Assembly: GCF_009914755.1 (NCBI RefSeq)
Contig: NC_060934.1
DNA: 64,000 bases
DNA from: the human T2T-CHM13v2.0 reference genome, Homo sapiens
Strand: one strand, 5' to 3'
Shown here: piece by piece, positions 16,583 to 33,411 of the stretch
How positions within the stretch are numbered: position 1 is the stretch's first letter
How the letters are laid out: each line of letters begins with the position of its first letter
Made by a program: the position numbers and the translations under genes
The notes under the pieces: model-generated
Seen by the model: only the letters and a program-made list of their open reading frames with translations
What the model was told of the DNA's origin: nothing
The model's database searches: none

Positions 16583-16672
16583 TCATTTTATTTGCTGTCC
16601 TTACATATGAAATATCTATTAAATATATAATTTTATAGTATTATCTACAGAAGAAAAAAAACACTAGATTGA

Positions 16673-16974
<302 letters not shown>

Positions 16975-17272
16975 ATCTGAGTAGTTATAACAGAAGAGGT
17001 GGGTGGACCTATCTGATATACTTTCCATGGGTCCTCTTAAATATTTAATACATCATGAGGTTCATTGTAGATTCTCAGTTCCTCTTGAAATGAAAATTCC
17101 AGTTCCAATGGAACTCCTCGGAAAATGGAAGGAGCCTCCACTTCCAGAAAAGATCCAAATAAAGATTACGAGAATGAGCAATGGACCTAAGCTATTGAGG
17201 GCACAGAAATACATTGGTCTCTGTCTAGGAAGAGGCTACAGGGGCCAAGTCAACTATAAGGATTTGCAAATA

Positions 17273-17773
<501 letters not shown>

Positions 17774-19026
17774 TAAAAACTTTTTTTTTAATTAAAAAAA
17801 AATTTGCAAATAGCTTTGAGTCCTATTGTGAAAGAGGATTAATCCTGGGTACACTCATGAAAGACTTGGGCTAATCTATTAGTGTTTTACCCCCACAATT
17901 CTCAGAGAAAGCAATAGAGGATTAAATTCCAAACCTGTCTGAAGTTAGTGTTTTACTAGGAACATGTTTATAAAGAAATACTAGAATTTACTTTTAGTAT
18001 CCCTTTGTGACAAGTAATAATGTATATGTTTTGCTTAAACTCTTTGGATGTTTTGAAATGTTTTGGTTTAACTAGCAAGTACTTTATTAATGGCAGCTTA
18101 TCCCATAGATATTTTAATGATTTGGCCTAAGAACAAAATTAATCTTCCTGGATTTGATTTCTCTAAAACATATCCACCAAATGCAATTGCCCTTTCTGTC
18201 AAATAAGCCCTTCCTGGTATATAAGTCTGAAGTGATTTTTTTTTCTCTCTCATTACGGTTGTTCCAAGATTCTTGACATTCTCTAAATCATCTTTCGCTG
18301 AGTACAAGAGGTCCATGAGGAAGTCAAGATCGATGATAGACTTCATCTCTCTTGAATTTTAATGCAAATGTCTGTTCCCCTAATCAAACAAAGGTTAAAA
18401 AAGGAAATCAAATTAGCTTATTACAAAAGCCAGCATAACTGAGCTGACAAGAAAAATGCTTTCTGCATAAAAAGTCTTTAATCAATACCTTAAATAAGAA
18501 TGTCACTGGAAAAGAAGAGTTCATATGTGGTCAGTTTTAATCTGCAAATCAATACGTCCTTTTTAATAAATATTTGACCACAGCTGCTCAATAAGGCATT
18601 GTCCATTAGAATTTCTTTCTTTAAACCAAAATGAAACAAAATTATAGCATAAATGTAATGTTCAGGGCATAACCTAAACTTGTGAGAGAATTCAAGGTTA
18701 GGGTTATTTCACCATTTAATTGTTGGGTATTAAATATTGGTGAGATTCTCTTTAGTACCTTGTCCCAGATATTAGCGGTCTACTTAATTTAGCTGTTCAA
18801 AAGTAAAATGATGTTGGAAAATACATTACTTATTAGAGTTAGGTCTAAGATGCAATTTTCCTAGTCTAGGTATAGTTTACCTACCTGAAACTGTTTAATC
18901 AAATAACATACAAGCAATATAGTCCAAATATCAGCAAGTTTGTAAACAAAGTCTACAAAAATACAGTCGTGGCAGATGACTTTTTATAAATAAGTATACT
19001 TTCATAGTATTCTATCAAAACTATAA

Positions 19027-19357
<331 letters not shown>

Positions 19358-19419
19358 AATGGCACTTTCTATAAGCATAGTAGCAGCCGTATATGTTGGT
19401 AGGTCGTTTGTATCGCTAC

Positions 19420-20824
19420 CGATGGCAGTGGCGGCCCAACTGCAGCAGCAGCCGCAGGGATGCCAGTTGCAGTGAGGGAGGCGTGGCCAGGGCTGTGTGC
19501 TCAGTGGAGCCAGTGGGGGCTGGAAACAGGCAGAAGCCCTGACCCCTACCGAGTTGGTGGGGCGGGAACCCTGTGCTCCCGGGCGCAGCTGCCCAGCCAT
19601 GGCTCCAGACCCAGGTATCCCTGCACTCTCGGGGGCCCAGGAAGCCTCCCTGCCCTGTCAGGCTCAGAAAGCCTGCTCCCTCTCTCTTGTCTCTCCCTGC
19701 TTCCGGTGCCCACTCTGATCTTGAAGCAAAGTTGAAGCCGAGCCTGGGCGCTGTCGTGACCTAGCCAGGTGTGCACACACTCAGGGCCGCAGTGACACAT
19801 CATCCCCCCCTGGCCTTCTCAGCCCCCTCTGAAACTTCAGGCACTGACGAACTCTGAGAGGGAGGCCCGGGGGCTAGGGGAAGCTCAGCATGAACAGCCT
19901 GGGTGTCGTGGATGGCATGTTTATGGTGGCAGGAGGCAGACAGTTTCCTAGGTGGGAAGGAGAGGGGGCTGGAATGCTGGTTCCAGATGGAGTCCAAGAC
20001 CAGGAGTGAGAACTCAAGGTGCTTTTTCCAGGCCCAACCATGGCCACCCATGGACCAATCAGCATGCAGTTCCTCCCTTCTGAGCTCCTATAAACCTCAG
20101 ACTGAGCCAGACTCATACAGTCGTTGGTGGGACCTGCTTGTGGAAAGGGGCTACCCACTGTAGGTCTCCTGAGAGCTGTTCTGTTGCCAGTAAAGCTCCT
20201 CTTCACCTTGCTCACCCTCCAGTTGTCTGCCAACCTCATTCTTCCTGGACCTGAGACAAGAGCTTGGGACCCCCCGAATGGCAGACTGAAAGAGCTGTAC
20301 CACAAGCAGGGCTGAAACATGCCTCCCTGCTCATCGTGTTGTGGACGATGAGGAGAGAAGAGTTGTGGCCCTTCTGGGAGCCCAGACCTCCTTGAGCCAG
20401 GGATGTTACCTGCTGAAACACCCTCTTTGGGGCTCTGTGGTTCCTGGTGTCTCTGAGCTTTTGGGCACCATCATGTTAGCCTTGTCCAGACACTGGTGCC
20501 TGCAGCAGAAGCTGCTTGTTGTCTGGTCCAGCCGCAGCCTCGCACAGAGCTGGCACCTTGAGCTGCCCAGCCTGCCTCAGCCAGCACACCTGGTTGTATG
20601 CAGTGGCTAGATCCCCAGCTCACTCGCTCTCACACCCCTTGCTGCTCTGCACCTGACCCGCCCTTGGCAGGCGTGGGATCTGGGCCGGGAGCATCAGCCA
20701 AGCAGAGCCTGCTGGACCGAGTAGGCAGAAGGAGTCCAGGGGGCATGAACAAAACCCAAGCAGAGGCGCTGCCTGCCACAGAAGTTTCAGGGTGGCAAAG
20801 CAACACCCAAAGGATCCTGTGACA
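19420..20824 (+). mobile_element. MER52-family ERV1 solo LTR (~1.4 kb)
   Basis: (t>c)gatggcagtggcggccc start, ...aggatcctgtgaca end; GC-rich; ccaatc and ctataaa near 20056-20093; 4-bp TSD ctac/ctgc. Confidence 0.85.
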
Positions 20825-21393
20825 CTGCCAATGTGGTATGGAATCTTCTACCTATTGGATGTGTAACCTTGTGCAAATCAGCTAGTTTTCCATACTAGAA
20901 AGTACGAATGCAGATGGTGTCTACTTCAATGGTTGTTTCAGGGATTTAAGGACATAATGTATGTAAAGATGTTAACATAGTGCCTGATCTATTGTAAATG
21001 ATGGCTGGTAACTCTTATTAGTGACTATTACTTGAATTGTAATAGTAAACATATAAAGAAATGAAATTTAATACACAGTGCTGACTTCAACAGCCCAGTA
21101 ATAGCAGACAATATAAATAAAATATGCATTGGAACAACCCATCATACCATTAGAGATACTTAACCTTAATCCGTAATTTACTATCTGTCTTTGCTTTGCT
21201 TTCTTTCTCTTTTGCCAGCAAATGAGATAGTAGAACATATGCTTTAAAAAATTCTCCATATCAAATAGTAATTTTAGAAAGACATCATAATAGCTTATTA
21301 GAGAAGTCAAAATAACCAAAATACACAAAGGTAATAAAATTGTTCCTAGATTTCTGCATTTAAAGTTGTTTAAAGATGTTTAAAGTTATTCTA

Positions 21394-21702
21394 GGCCAGG
21401 CACGGTGGCTCATGCCTATAATCTCAGCACTTTGGGAGGCTGGAGGCTGGAGGATCAGTTGAGGCCAGGAGTTCGAGACCAGCTTGGGCAACGTAGCAAC
21501 ACTTCATCTCCACAAAAAAATTAAAAAAATTAGCTGGGTGTGGTGGCATGTGCGTGTAATCTCAGCTACTCAGCAGGCTGAGGTGGGAGGATCACTTGAG
21601 CCCAGGAGGTTGAGATGAAGTGAGCTGTGATTGCGCTGCTGCATTCCAACCTGGGTGATAGAGCGAGATCCTGCCTCAAACAAAGAAATAAATAAAATAA
21701 AT
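21394..21702 (+). mobile_element. AluJ
   Basis: Full dimer. Confidence 0.9.
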
Positions 21703-22668
21703 TTGGTCGAAACATTGAATACATAGCTTTTCTCCCTTTAATCTCCTTCTTTGAGATATAATTTCTTTTTATTCTGTTATGGGAATTTCTTTCTTAAAGA
21801 AGTTTTACAAAGCAGATTCTTTAAAAGTTTACAAAGCAGATTCTTGGGTTGCTTAGTCCTGATATACACAATCAAGGAAGATGCAAAATTTATTTCCTTG
21901 AAAAAATATATACCCTTCTCGTTTGGAGATAATTTTGAAGTGGTTTCTGCATAGAGTAGGAGGTCTTTCTGTAAGTATCAATGAAACAAACAAGGAAAGC
22001 CCAAGGTAAATTTGCACAACAAATGCCTGCCTCTTGGCAACATGAGAAAGCCTCTTGCCACTGCTGCTACAGCTCTTTCATTTAATTATTCTTAGGTGAC
22101 CATGTCAGGATTTCTAGACAGTATCCTTGGAAGCTAAGTGCTTTGAATGTTTGAACTGTATTAGTCAATGTAAAACTCATGCTCCTGAGTATTAGAGATG
22201 GTGCTCCAGTGAATCATAAAATATGCTAATTAAACAACAATGTTTTTAAATGGGACCCTTTTCTGATCTATTAGGGTACCTAATTTAGGGCCGTGAATAC
22301 ATTGGCATTATGACTTTTTAAATGAAGAAAGCAATGATCATGGCCAACATAAGTGCAATAATTTCTAGTTGACAATGTGCTCTATTTAATCATCTCCACA
22401 TGTATTAACTGATTTAACTCTCACAGGTATCCTGTGAGATAGGTTTTATTATTCGCATTTTACAGATGAGAAAAATGAGTCTTTGAGAGTTTGTGTCCCC
22501 GGTTACACAGCTAGAAAATTGTCAGAACAAGATTTTAACCTGGGCTCTTTAGCTTTAAGTTTCTTTCTATTCCATTACATTCATTGATGAAAATTTCCCA
22601 ACTTTTCCTCTTTTGTATTTGAGAAAGCTGAATATAACAGAGGTCAAAGATAGAAATGGCTCATTCAA

Positions 22669-23070
<402 letters not shown>

Positions 23071-25227
23071 TTAACTTTCATGTGTATGATTTTGAGGTAC
23101 TGGCATTGGAGGCCTCTGTAGTTACAAACGTTCTATTTCTGCTTTGAAATGGCAAAATTCAGAGCTGAAAAATAGACAAGTTCAAGTTGCTCAGGAGTAA
23201 ACTTTCTGTAATAAAGTATTTTGTGAATGATCATGATGTTCAGGACTTCAGCATTTCCAATTGTCTTGTAAATGTAAGATGCTCCCAAGTAATGAAGGGT
23301 GACCTATTGAGGCTGGCAGATTAGATATCAGGTAATTAGATTTGTTCATGAGCTTATCTAGTACTGAGCAACAATTGCAAGCTTAATCCCATCTGGGATG
23401 AATCCCATTTGCTTTCTGGCCGCTAACTTGGATAAGTCAAGGTCACTACATTCAGCCTACTTTCTTTAAACACATACACTTCCTAGAAGGGCATTGCTTT
23501 CTTTCACATGGGAGCACAACAAATAAGTTATTATTAGTTAAGGTTTTCATTATAAGATGCCAGAGATGCTACCTATTCATAGATTTTGTGTAGAAATGAA
23601 GCTGTTTTGATGCCAAGGATAGAATCATGTAGTGTTTCAAATATTTCCATGCTGGGCATAGTTCTGAGAGCAGAAAGAAAACGAGAGAGCTGACCTCTGT
23701 CTGGCCTAGGCTCTTTCAAACAATGTAACTCTTGGAATTAGTTGCAGGCTTCAATCAATCAATAAACAACAAGTAACTATTGATTCCTTTGTAAATCATG
23801 TTCAAGGCTATCATATATATGATAAGAAAAAACTCCTACTCTCAAAGAATCTATAAGCTAATAGAGGATATTTGAAAATATTTGAGAGCAGTCAGTGAGC
23901 TGACCCAAATCAATGGTGTTTGAATCTTTGCTTTAGGAACTCAAGTGAAGGAAACAGGGATTTCAACTGAGGAGACTAGCGTGACCATTTATGGACAGCA
24001 TTGAACTAGGTTGGGTGGCATGCGGCTAAGAGGCAGAAATAAAGGATAGTCGTGAGAAGGAAATCCACAATAGAAGGGAAATTATGTGAGTTTGTTTTGA
24101 GGGACTGGAGAGAAGGTTCCTACCTAAAATAAAAATCTGGAAATATTAGGGTGAACCCATTTGTGGAGGGACTGAAATGACAGGCTGAAAAACCTGGGGT
24201 TCATGACAAAATGCCGCCAGCAATTTTTTTTTTTCACCAGCAATTTTTGAGGGAGCAGATGCCCAGCTGAAGGTGACATGTCAGAATGACTGAGCTGGTG
24301 GCAATCTGACATGAAAAGGGAGGTGATTGGAGCTTGCCACTGGAGGCAAGGAAGCCCACCAGGAGGTGTGGCAAAAATTCAGGACTGTTTTTTTTTTTTT
24401 CCTGTATGGTTCTAGTTAATGAAGCTAGAGACTTAATTGTATCCAAGGTCTCTCAGCACAAATTTTGCTTTGGACTAGTAAGCTCTCTGCACTCTCTACT
24501 TCAAGGGTAAGATGGAGAATTGCCACAGATTGCTGACTCCTTCCTCAAATCCCGGAGATACCATGTCAAAGAAAGAAAACTAAGTGAATTAAACAGCTGT
24601 GATTATCAGACAGTGGCAGTCAGAAAGTGACCAAACCTGCCTGAAACGTGGAGAGTCAATGGTGGGGTGTGGGGGAGGGCTAGTTTGGGAAGAGCAGCAG
24701 TTGTGTGAAGGTTGCCTGGAGTGGGAAAGGGCCAGGTGGTATAAGAGGGAGAGGGGCTGAGAATAGTGGCAGAATTATATTCTCTTCCCTTCTCTGAAGG
24801 GGCCATTGTTAATCTGATTGCTGCCAGGTGGCAAGAAAGCCAGCCTGAAGCTGCAAGGTTAGGCTGCCCCAGGGCAGCTCAGGAGCCCAGCCGGTATGGG
24901 AAGTCAATAGATGAGAGAGGGAATTAGCAGGCCTGGAAACTTCACACTTCCCCCAAGGGCAAAGCCATTATCACAGGGACAGAATATGGCACACTACAAA
25001 TCAGTGCAGCTCACAGCAGTCCCTGGTTAATTCTGAGGTTCCCTGGGGAGAGGGATAGCTGGAAGAACAGGGAATGTTTGAGCCCAGATTGCAATTCTAA
25101 GGCCTCTCTAGCCTAGGCTTATTAATACCTATGGGACAGAAACTAGATCCTAGGTTTTCATCCACCTCTTCAGATAGACATTACTAGCAAAAGCAACTGT
25201 TGTCCTACAAGAATAAAAAGCAAAGAT

Positions 25228-25485
25228 GGCTGGGTGCGATGGCTCATGCCTATCATCCTAGCACTTTCGTAGGCCAAGGGAGACCAGCCTGGAAAAGAAA
25301 AAAATTAGAAAATTATCCGGCTATGATGTTGTGCGTCTGTAGTCCCAGCTAGTCAGGAGGCTGAGGCAGGAGTATCACCTGAGCCCAGGAGATTGAGGCT
25401 GCATTGAGTGTGATTGTGCCACTGCACTCCAGCCCAGGCAACAGAGCAAGATCCTGCCTCAAAACAAACAAACAAACAAACAAAG
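25228..25485 (+). mobile_element. AluJ with internal deletions in the left arm
   Basis: ggccaaggg joined directly to agaccagcctgg; (CAAA)n tail. Confidence 0.85.
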
Positions 25486-25822
25486 CCCAGCAAACACATA
25501 AGGGAAATTCCCAGGCATCTGAGGAGTGTAAATATAATGAAAGGCAGCAAACTGGCAGAACTCTCCTGGAGGAAGTAAAATCAAAAGTAAAACAGATTGA
25601 GAAGGCAAAATAAATACAATTAATATCACCAGAGAAATAAAAGAGACTATTTTTTAAAATGCCACAGAAACAAACAGGTATAAAGAAGCATTTTGAAATA
25701 TCAACTTTAAAAATATAATTATTGAAATGAAAGTTTTATTATTTAATGGATGATTGCATAATGAAATTGATAAAGCTGAAGAATACATAAGATGAAAGAC
25801 TGGGTCAGGAAATTACAAAAGT

Positions 25823-26292
<470 letters not shown>

Positions 26293-27563
26293 TATTTTTT
26301 TTTTTTTTAAAGAAAACATTAGGAAGGCATGCAAAGAAAGATTGAGAGACTAAACTACAGGGAGGCAGAAACAAAAGCATCAACACACATATAAAAAGAG
26401 ACCCCAAAATAGTGAAAAAACAAATGGAGGGTTTGAAATATTTGAAGGCGTATCGACAAATATTTTCCAAAACTAAAATGTTGGAACTGGGATTAGAACC
26501 CAGGAAGTCTAGCTCAACTATTTGAGCTCTTAGCTATTCACTTTCTACTCAATTAATCAATGAGTAAACTTTAACTAGAAGAGAATTCAGCCAGGTTCTG
26601 AATAGAAGCTGTGTGTGTAGTATTGTACTATTCCAGCAATAACCAACAAGCTTGTAGTAGGAAATAAGATACTATTTGTAATAGCAACACTAATCATATC
26701 TCAGAATTAGACATTAGGGAAAAAAAGTCAACTGTTCGAGGACTACTTAAAAGGCTTGGCCTGGAAATGGTGCATACTGTCTCTGTGGGGCTTAGTCTGA
26801 AAGAGGTTGGTAGACATTTGCAAAAGCACTGTGAAAAATTCAGCTAACAATGATTGTCTACATAAAGTTAAACATCCAGCTATTTCTAAATATCTTTATG
26901 AATTATGTCATAATTCAGATAAAGAAAGATGAAAAATGGGCATACATGTAGACCTGTTTGTGCAGTGTTTGTTAAGGCTTGGAAGTCAGAACACATTGGA
27001 GCCCTTTCAGTTTAGCCACTGAAACCTCCAAAGGTAGACTCATCTTCAAGGCAGTTATAGAGGACGACCTGGAGAATTAATTTATGGCATAAAAGAGTAT
27101 TTGGAGGAAAATCCTGCCAAGTACCTAATGCAAAGTTCCTAACTGTGTGTGTCTATGAAAATTATAATATATGCAGACATACCTGGACCTTAAGAAATAT
27201 GCGATTGAACTCAAATAAAATTGACTAGAGGTTCTTAAGTGTAGAACACCCGGCAGAATACTCAAAGGAGAACTGATCACCCTTCCTATCCTTTCTGTTA
27301 GGTTGTGGACTACGCATCCATAGCACTTGGATAATGATTAATAAGGCATATGTGTATTCATTGCTTTTTAAAAATCTTCTTAGCAGTCCTGGAAATGATT
27401 ATTTTTTACATTGAAACTTAGAAGCGTAGAGTTTCAAAGTTGGAAGAAACTCAGAGATCCTAGAACAGTCCCCTTGTTTTGCTGATGAGAAAAGATAAAT
27501 TGCCTGTCTGAGTTCACAAGGCAAGGTAGTGGTTGAGATAGAATTTAAACCTAGATAATCTAA

Positions 27564-27993
<430 letters not shown>

Positions 27994-28105
27994 TGACTTG
28001 CTACGCCCTCTTCCTGGTTTGGGATTCTTCCTTTATTAGACACTGATAATTTCCCATATTATCAGTTTTCCCCCATATTAGCCACTGATAATACTGGCAT
28101 TATGC

Positions 28106-28921
<816 letters not shown>

Positions 28922-28956
28922 ATGCTTTCCACTTATTTTGCAATCTGTGAGCTCCT

Positions 28957-29602
<646 letters not shown>

Positions 29603-29803
29603 AGATCTGTGTGCTCCTGGAGGGCAGAGGTTAAGTCTTCTTCCCTTAGGTTCACCCAGCACTGAGGAAATCGCATGGCTGTGGTAGGTACCCAGTGTCA
29701 CATGCTGCAGAGGCCTGGGTAAGGGTAATGAAAGTGTCACTGATGGTTCTGGGTGACTCAAAGCACACGCTTTCCCCAAAGCCTACTTCTGGTTAGCTGG
29801 TGT

Positions 29804-30536
29804 TATAGAGGCCAAGGGAAAATTTTCTCTTTGCCTTCTGGAAGTTTTACTGAAAAACCAACTGACAAAAGGCAGGTTAATAAGAAAGAAGGCGTGCAAA
29901 TTTATTATTAATAATATGCATGGGGGACAACACAGATGACCCCATCCCCTCAGTGAGGCTCAGAAGCTTTTCTCCCTCTTTTTTTAAATTTAATTTAATT
30001 TTAAGTTCTGGGATACATGTGCAGGAATGCAGGTTTGTTCCATATGTAAACGTGTGCCATGGTGGTTTGTGGCACCTATCAACCCATCACCTGGGTACTA
30101 AGCCCCGCATGCATTAGCTATGAGGTTACGCAAAGAATGTGGGCTCAGAGCATGGCCACAAACAGGTTATGGTCGTAAATCATGTGACGGTGGCAAGACA
30201 AGTTATGGAAGGGAGAGAAGAGGGTGGATGGCTAGCAAAGGTGGCCTTGTTATGTAGATGAAACCTCAAGGGGTAGCAGCCCTCAGAGAGAAGAAATGGT
30301 ATATGTTTCTTTTAGATCTTTAGAGATGTCAGACTCTCAGTTCATCTTTCCTAGATCCGGACAAGGGTGGGCCTCAGAGAATGCATGGCTGCATGAATCA
30401 GATTTTCTCTATAGAGGCAAAGCTCCCCGCAAAAGACAGCTTCTTAGCTACTCTTCTATTTCCAGCCCTTCTGAATTGCCATCTTGAAATATGTCAAAGA
30501 AGTAGGCTTTGGAGTGAAGTATTTTGGTTTCCTTCA
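29804..30536 (-). mobile_element. MER34-family ERV1 solo LTR containing a ~140-bp L1PA 3' end (29979-30121, minus)
   Basis: Minus strand starts tgaaggaaaccaaaatacttcac; TSD gtgt/gtat. Confidence 0.75.
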
Positions 30537-30869
30537 GTATCCATGCCTTTCCTCAAGGTGGGGATGACTTACCACTGCAGAGATTCTTTCACTCTCTCCA
30601 TAAGTGGTGAGAAAACTTAGCTCTAGCCTCATGGTATATAGAGCTCTAACAAGTCTCCCAAAGCTGTGGGAAGAAAATGAAGATGTTTTGTCTGTGACAT
30701 TATAGAGACATCTGTCTCAGGTGAACCCTTTGCTAAAGAACAGGAATTTCTGTGGGGTCCTCCAAAGGTGATGAGAGCCAGAGCCAGTAGTTCAGCTTCC
30801 AGTTTTCTGAGTGGTGGGGAGGGGTTTGCAGACACACAGGAATGGCACCTCCATCCTTTTGTGAGCCAT

Positions 30870-31179
30870 TCCTGTGTGTCGTTCTGCCAGTCCATGGCCT
30901 GCTGGAGTCTGCTGGTACCTGTCGGTGTGCTGTTCTGCCACTGTGTTCCTCTCGATGTCCGGCTGCTTGTGTATTCTTCCCAACAGGGACTTGGGGTTTT
31001 TATAGGCACAGGATGGAGGTGTGGCGGGCCAGGGTGGTCTTGGGAAATGCAACATTTTGGCATGAAAACAGAAATGCCTGTCCTCACCTAGGTCTGTGCG
31101 CACAGGCCTAGGGGTGGAGCCCTCATCAGGGACCCCACCCTTCTTCTCCCAGCACTTCTCTGCCCCGCCTCCTGTGTCA
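30870..31179 (-). mobile_element. LTR27/LTR28-like ERV1 LTR, 5' part only
   Basis: Minus strand reads tgacacaggaggcggggcagagaagtgctggg...cctgtgcctataaaaacccc; 3' end missing. Confidence 0.65.
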
Positions 31180-31338
31180 TTTGTGTACCCATAGTTTAGC
31201 TCCCTCTTAAAGTGAGAATATGCAGTATTTGGTTTTCCATTCCTGAGTTACTTCACTTAGGATAGTGGCCTCTGGTTCCATTTAAGTTGCTGCAAAAAGC
31301 ATTATTTATTTTTTTTATGGCTGAGTACTGTTCCATGG

Positions 31339-31346
31339 TGTGTGTC

Positions 31347-31378
<32 letters not shown>

Positions 31379-31548
31379 GAGAGATTGTGATATATGTATA
31401 TCACAATCTGTGTATGTGATATATGTGTGTGTATATATATATATATGGAGAGATTGTGATATATGTATATCACAATCTGTGTATGTGATATATGTGTGTG
31501 TGTGTATATATATATATATAAATCTCTCTCTCTCTCTCTGTCTCTCAC
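31339..31548. repeat. (TG)n/(TA)n microsatellite with a 69-bp duplicated palindromic unit
   Basis: agattgtgatata-tg-tatatcacaatct at 31382-31409 and 31451-31478. Confidence 0.9.
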
Positions 31549-31765
31549 ACATACTCTTTATCCACTTATCAGTTGACGGGCACTTAGGTTGACTCCATAT
31601 CTTTGCAATTGTGAATTGTGCTGTGATGAACATGCATTCAGGTGTCTTTCTTGTATCATGACTAATTTTCTTTTGGGTAGATACCCAGTAGTGGATTGCT
31701 GGATCGAATGGTAGATCTATTTTGAGTTCTTTGAGAAATTTCCAAACTGTTTTCCATAAAGGTTG

Positions 31766-33411
31766 TGAGAGGTGACAGCGTGCTGGCAGTCCTCAGAGCC
31801 CTCGCTTGCTCTCAGCACCTCCCCTGCCTGGGCTCCCATTTTGGTGGCATTTGAGGAGCCCTTCAGTCCCCCACTGCACTGTGGGAGCCCCTTTCTGGGC
31901 TGGCCAAGGCCGGAGCCCACTCCCTCAGCTTGCAGGGAGGTGTGGCGGGAGAGACAAGAGCGGGAACCGGAGCTGTGTGCGGCACTTGCGGGCCAGCTGG
32001 AGTTCCGGGTGGGCGTGGGCTTGGTGGGCCCCGCACTCGGAGCAGCCAGCCAGCCCTGCTGGCCCCGGGCAATGGGGGACTTAGCACCCGGGCCAGTGGC
32101 TGCGGAGGGTGTACTGGGTCCCCCAGCAGTGCCGGCCCACCGGCGCTGCGCTCGATTTCTCGCCGGGCCTTGGCTGCCTTCCCGCGGGGCAGGGCTCGGG
32201 ACCTGCAGCCCACCATGCCTGAGCCTCCCACCCCCTCCGTGGGCTCCTGTGCGGCCCGAGCCTCCCCGACGAGCGCCACCACCTGCTCCAGGGCGCCCAG
32301 TCCCATCGACCACCCAAGGGCTGAGGAATGCGAGCACAGGGCGCAGGACTGGCAGGCAGCTCCACCTGCAGCCCCGGTGCGGGATCCGCTAGGTGAAGCC
32401 AGCTGGGCTCCTGAGTCTGGTGGGGACGTGGAGAGTCGTTATATCTAGCTCAGGGATTGTAAATACACCAATCAGCACCCTGTGTTTAGCTCAAGGTTTG
32501 TGAGTGCACCAATTGACACTCTGTATCTAGCTGCTCTGGTGAGGACGTGGAGAACCTTTATGTCTAGCTCAAGGATTGTAAATACACCAGTCGGCACTCT
32601 GTATGTAGCTCAAGGTTTGTAAACACACCAATCAGCACCCTGTGTTTAGCTCAAGGTTTGTTAGTGCACCAATCAACACTCTGTATCTAGCTGCTCTGGT
32701 GGGGCCTTGGAAAACCTGTGTGTGGAAACTCTGTATCTAACTAATCCGATGGGGACGTGGAGAACCTTTGTATCTAGCTCAGGGATTGTAAACGCACCAA
32801 TCAGTGCCCGGACAAAACAGGCCGCTGGGCTCTACCAATCAGCAGGATGTGGGTGGGGCCAGATAAAATAAAAGCAGGCTGCCGGAGCCAGCATTGGCAA
32901 CTCGCTCGGGTCCCCTTCCACACTGTGGGAGCTTTGTTGTTTCGCTTTTTGCAATAAATCTTGCTACTACTCAATCTTTGGGTCCACGCTGCTTTTATGA
33001 GCTGTAACACTCACCACGAAAGTCTGCAGCTTCACTCCTGAAGCCAGCGAGACCACGAGCCCACCAGGAGAAACGAGCAACTCCAGACGCACCACCTTAA
33101 GAGCTGTAACACTCACCGCGAAGATCTGCAGCTTCACTCCTGAGCTCAGCGAGACCACGAGCCCACAGGGAGGAAAGAACAACTCCAGACGCGCTACCTT
33201 AAGAGCTGTAACGCTCACTGCGAAGGTCCGCGGCTTCACTCCTGAGCCAGCGAGACCACGAACCCACCAGAAGAAAAACTCCAAACACATCTGAACATCA
33301 GAAGAGACAGACTCCAGACGCGCCACCTTAAGAGCTGTAACACTCACCGCGAGAGTCCGCAGCTTCATTCTTGAAGTCAGTGAGACCAAGAACCCACCAA
33401 TTCCGGACACA
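31766..33411 (+). mobile_element. LTR12C (ERV9) solo LTR, full length
   Basis: tgagaggtgacagcgtgctggcagtcc start, ...aattccggacaca end; perfect 4-bp TSD GTTG (31762-65 / 33412-15); CpG-rich U3; U5 tandem repeats. Confidence 0.96.
32468..32873 (+). promoter_or_regulatory. LTR12C enhancer/promoter: 6 CCAAT boxes, GT box, GATA, AATAAAA TATA-like box
   Basis: CCAAT at 32468, 32509, 32628, 32669, 32797, 32835; gggtgggg 32851-58; agataa 32861-66; aataaaa 32867-73. Activity not shown by sequence. Confidence 0.7.

Noticed and set aside
32440-33370. Regular repeats resembling a CRISPR-like array
   Set aside because: Normal ERV9 U3 enhancer and U5 tandem repeats; no unique spacers; eukaryotic DNA.
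31717-33410. Several 150-206 aa ORFs on both strands
   Set aside because: They lie in the GC-rich U3 and U5 repeats of LTR12C, where stops are scarce by composition.
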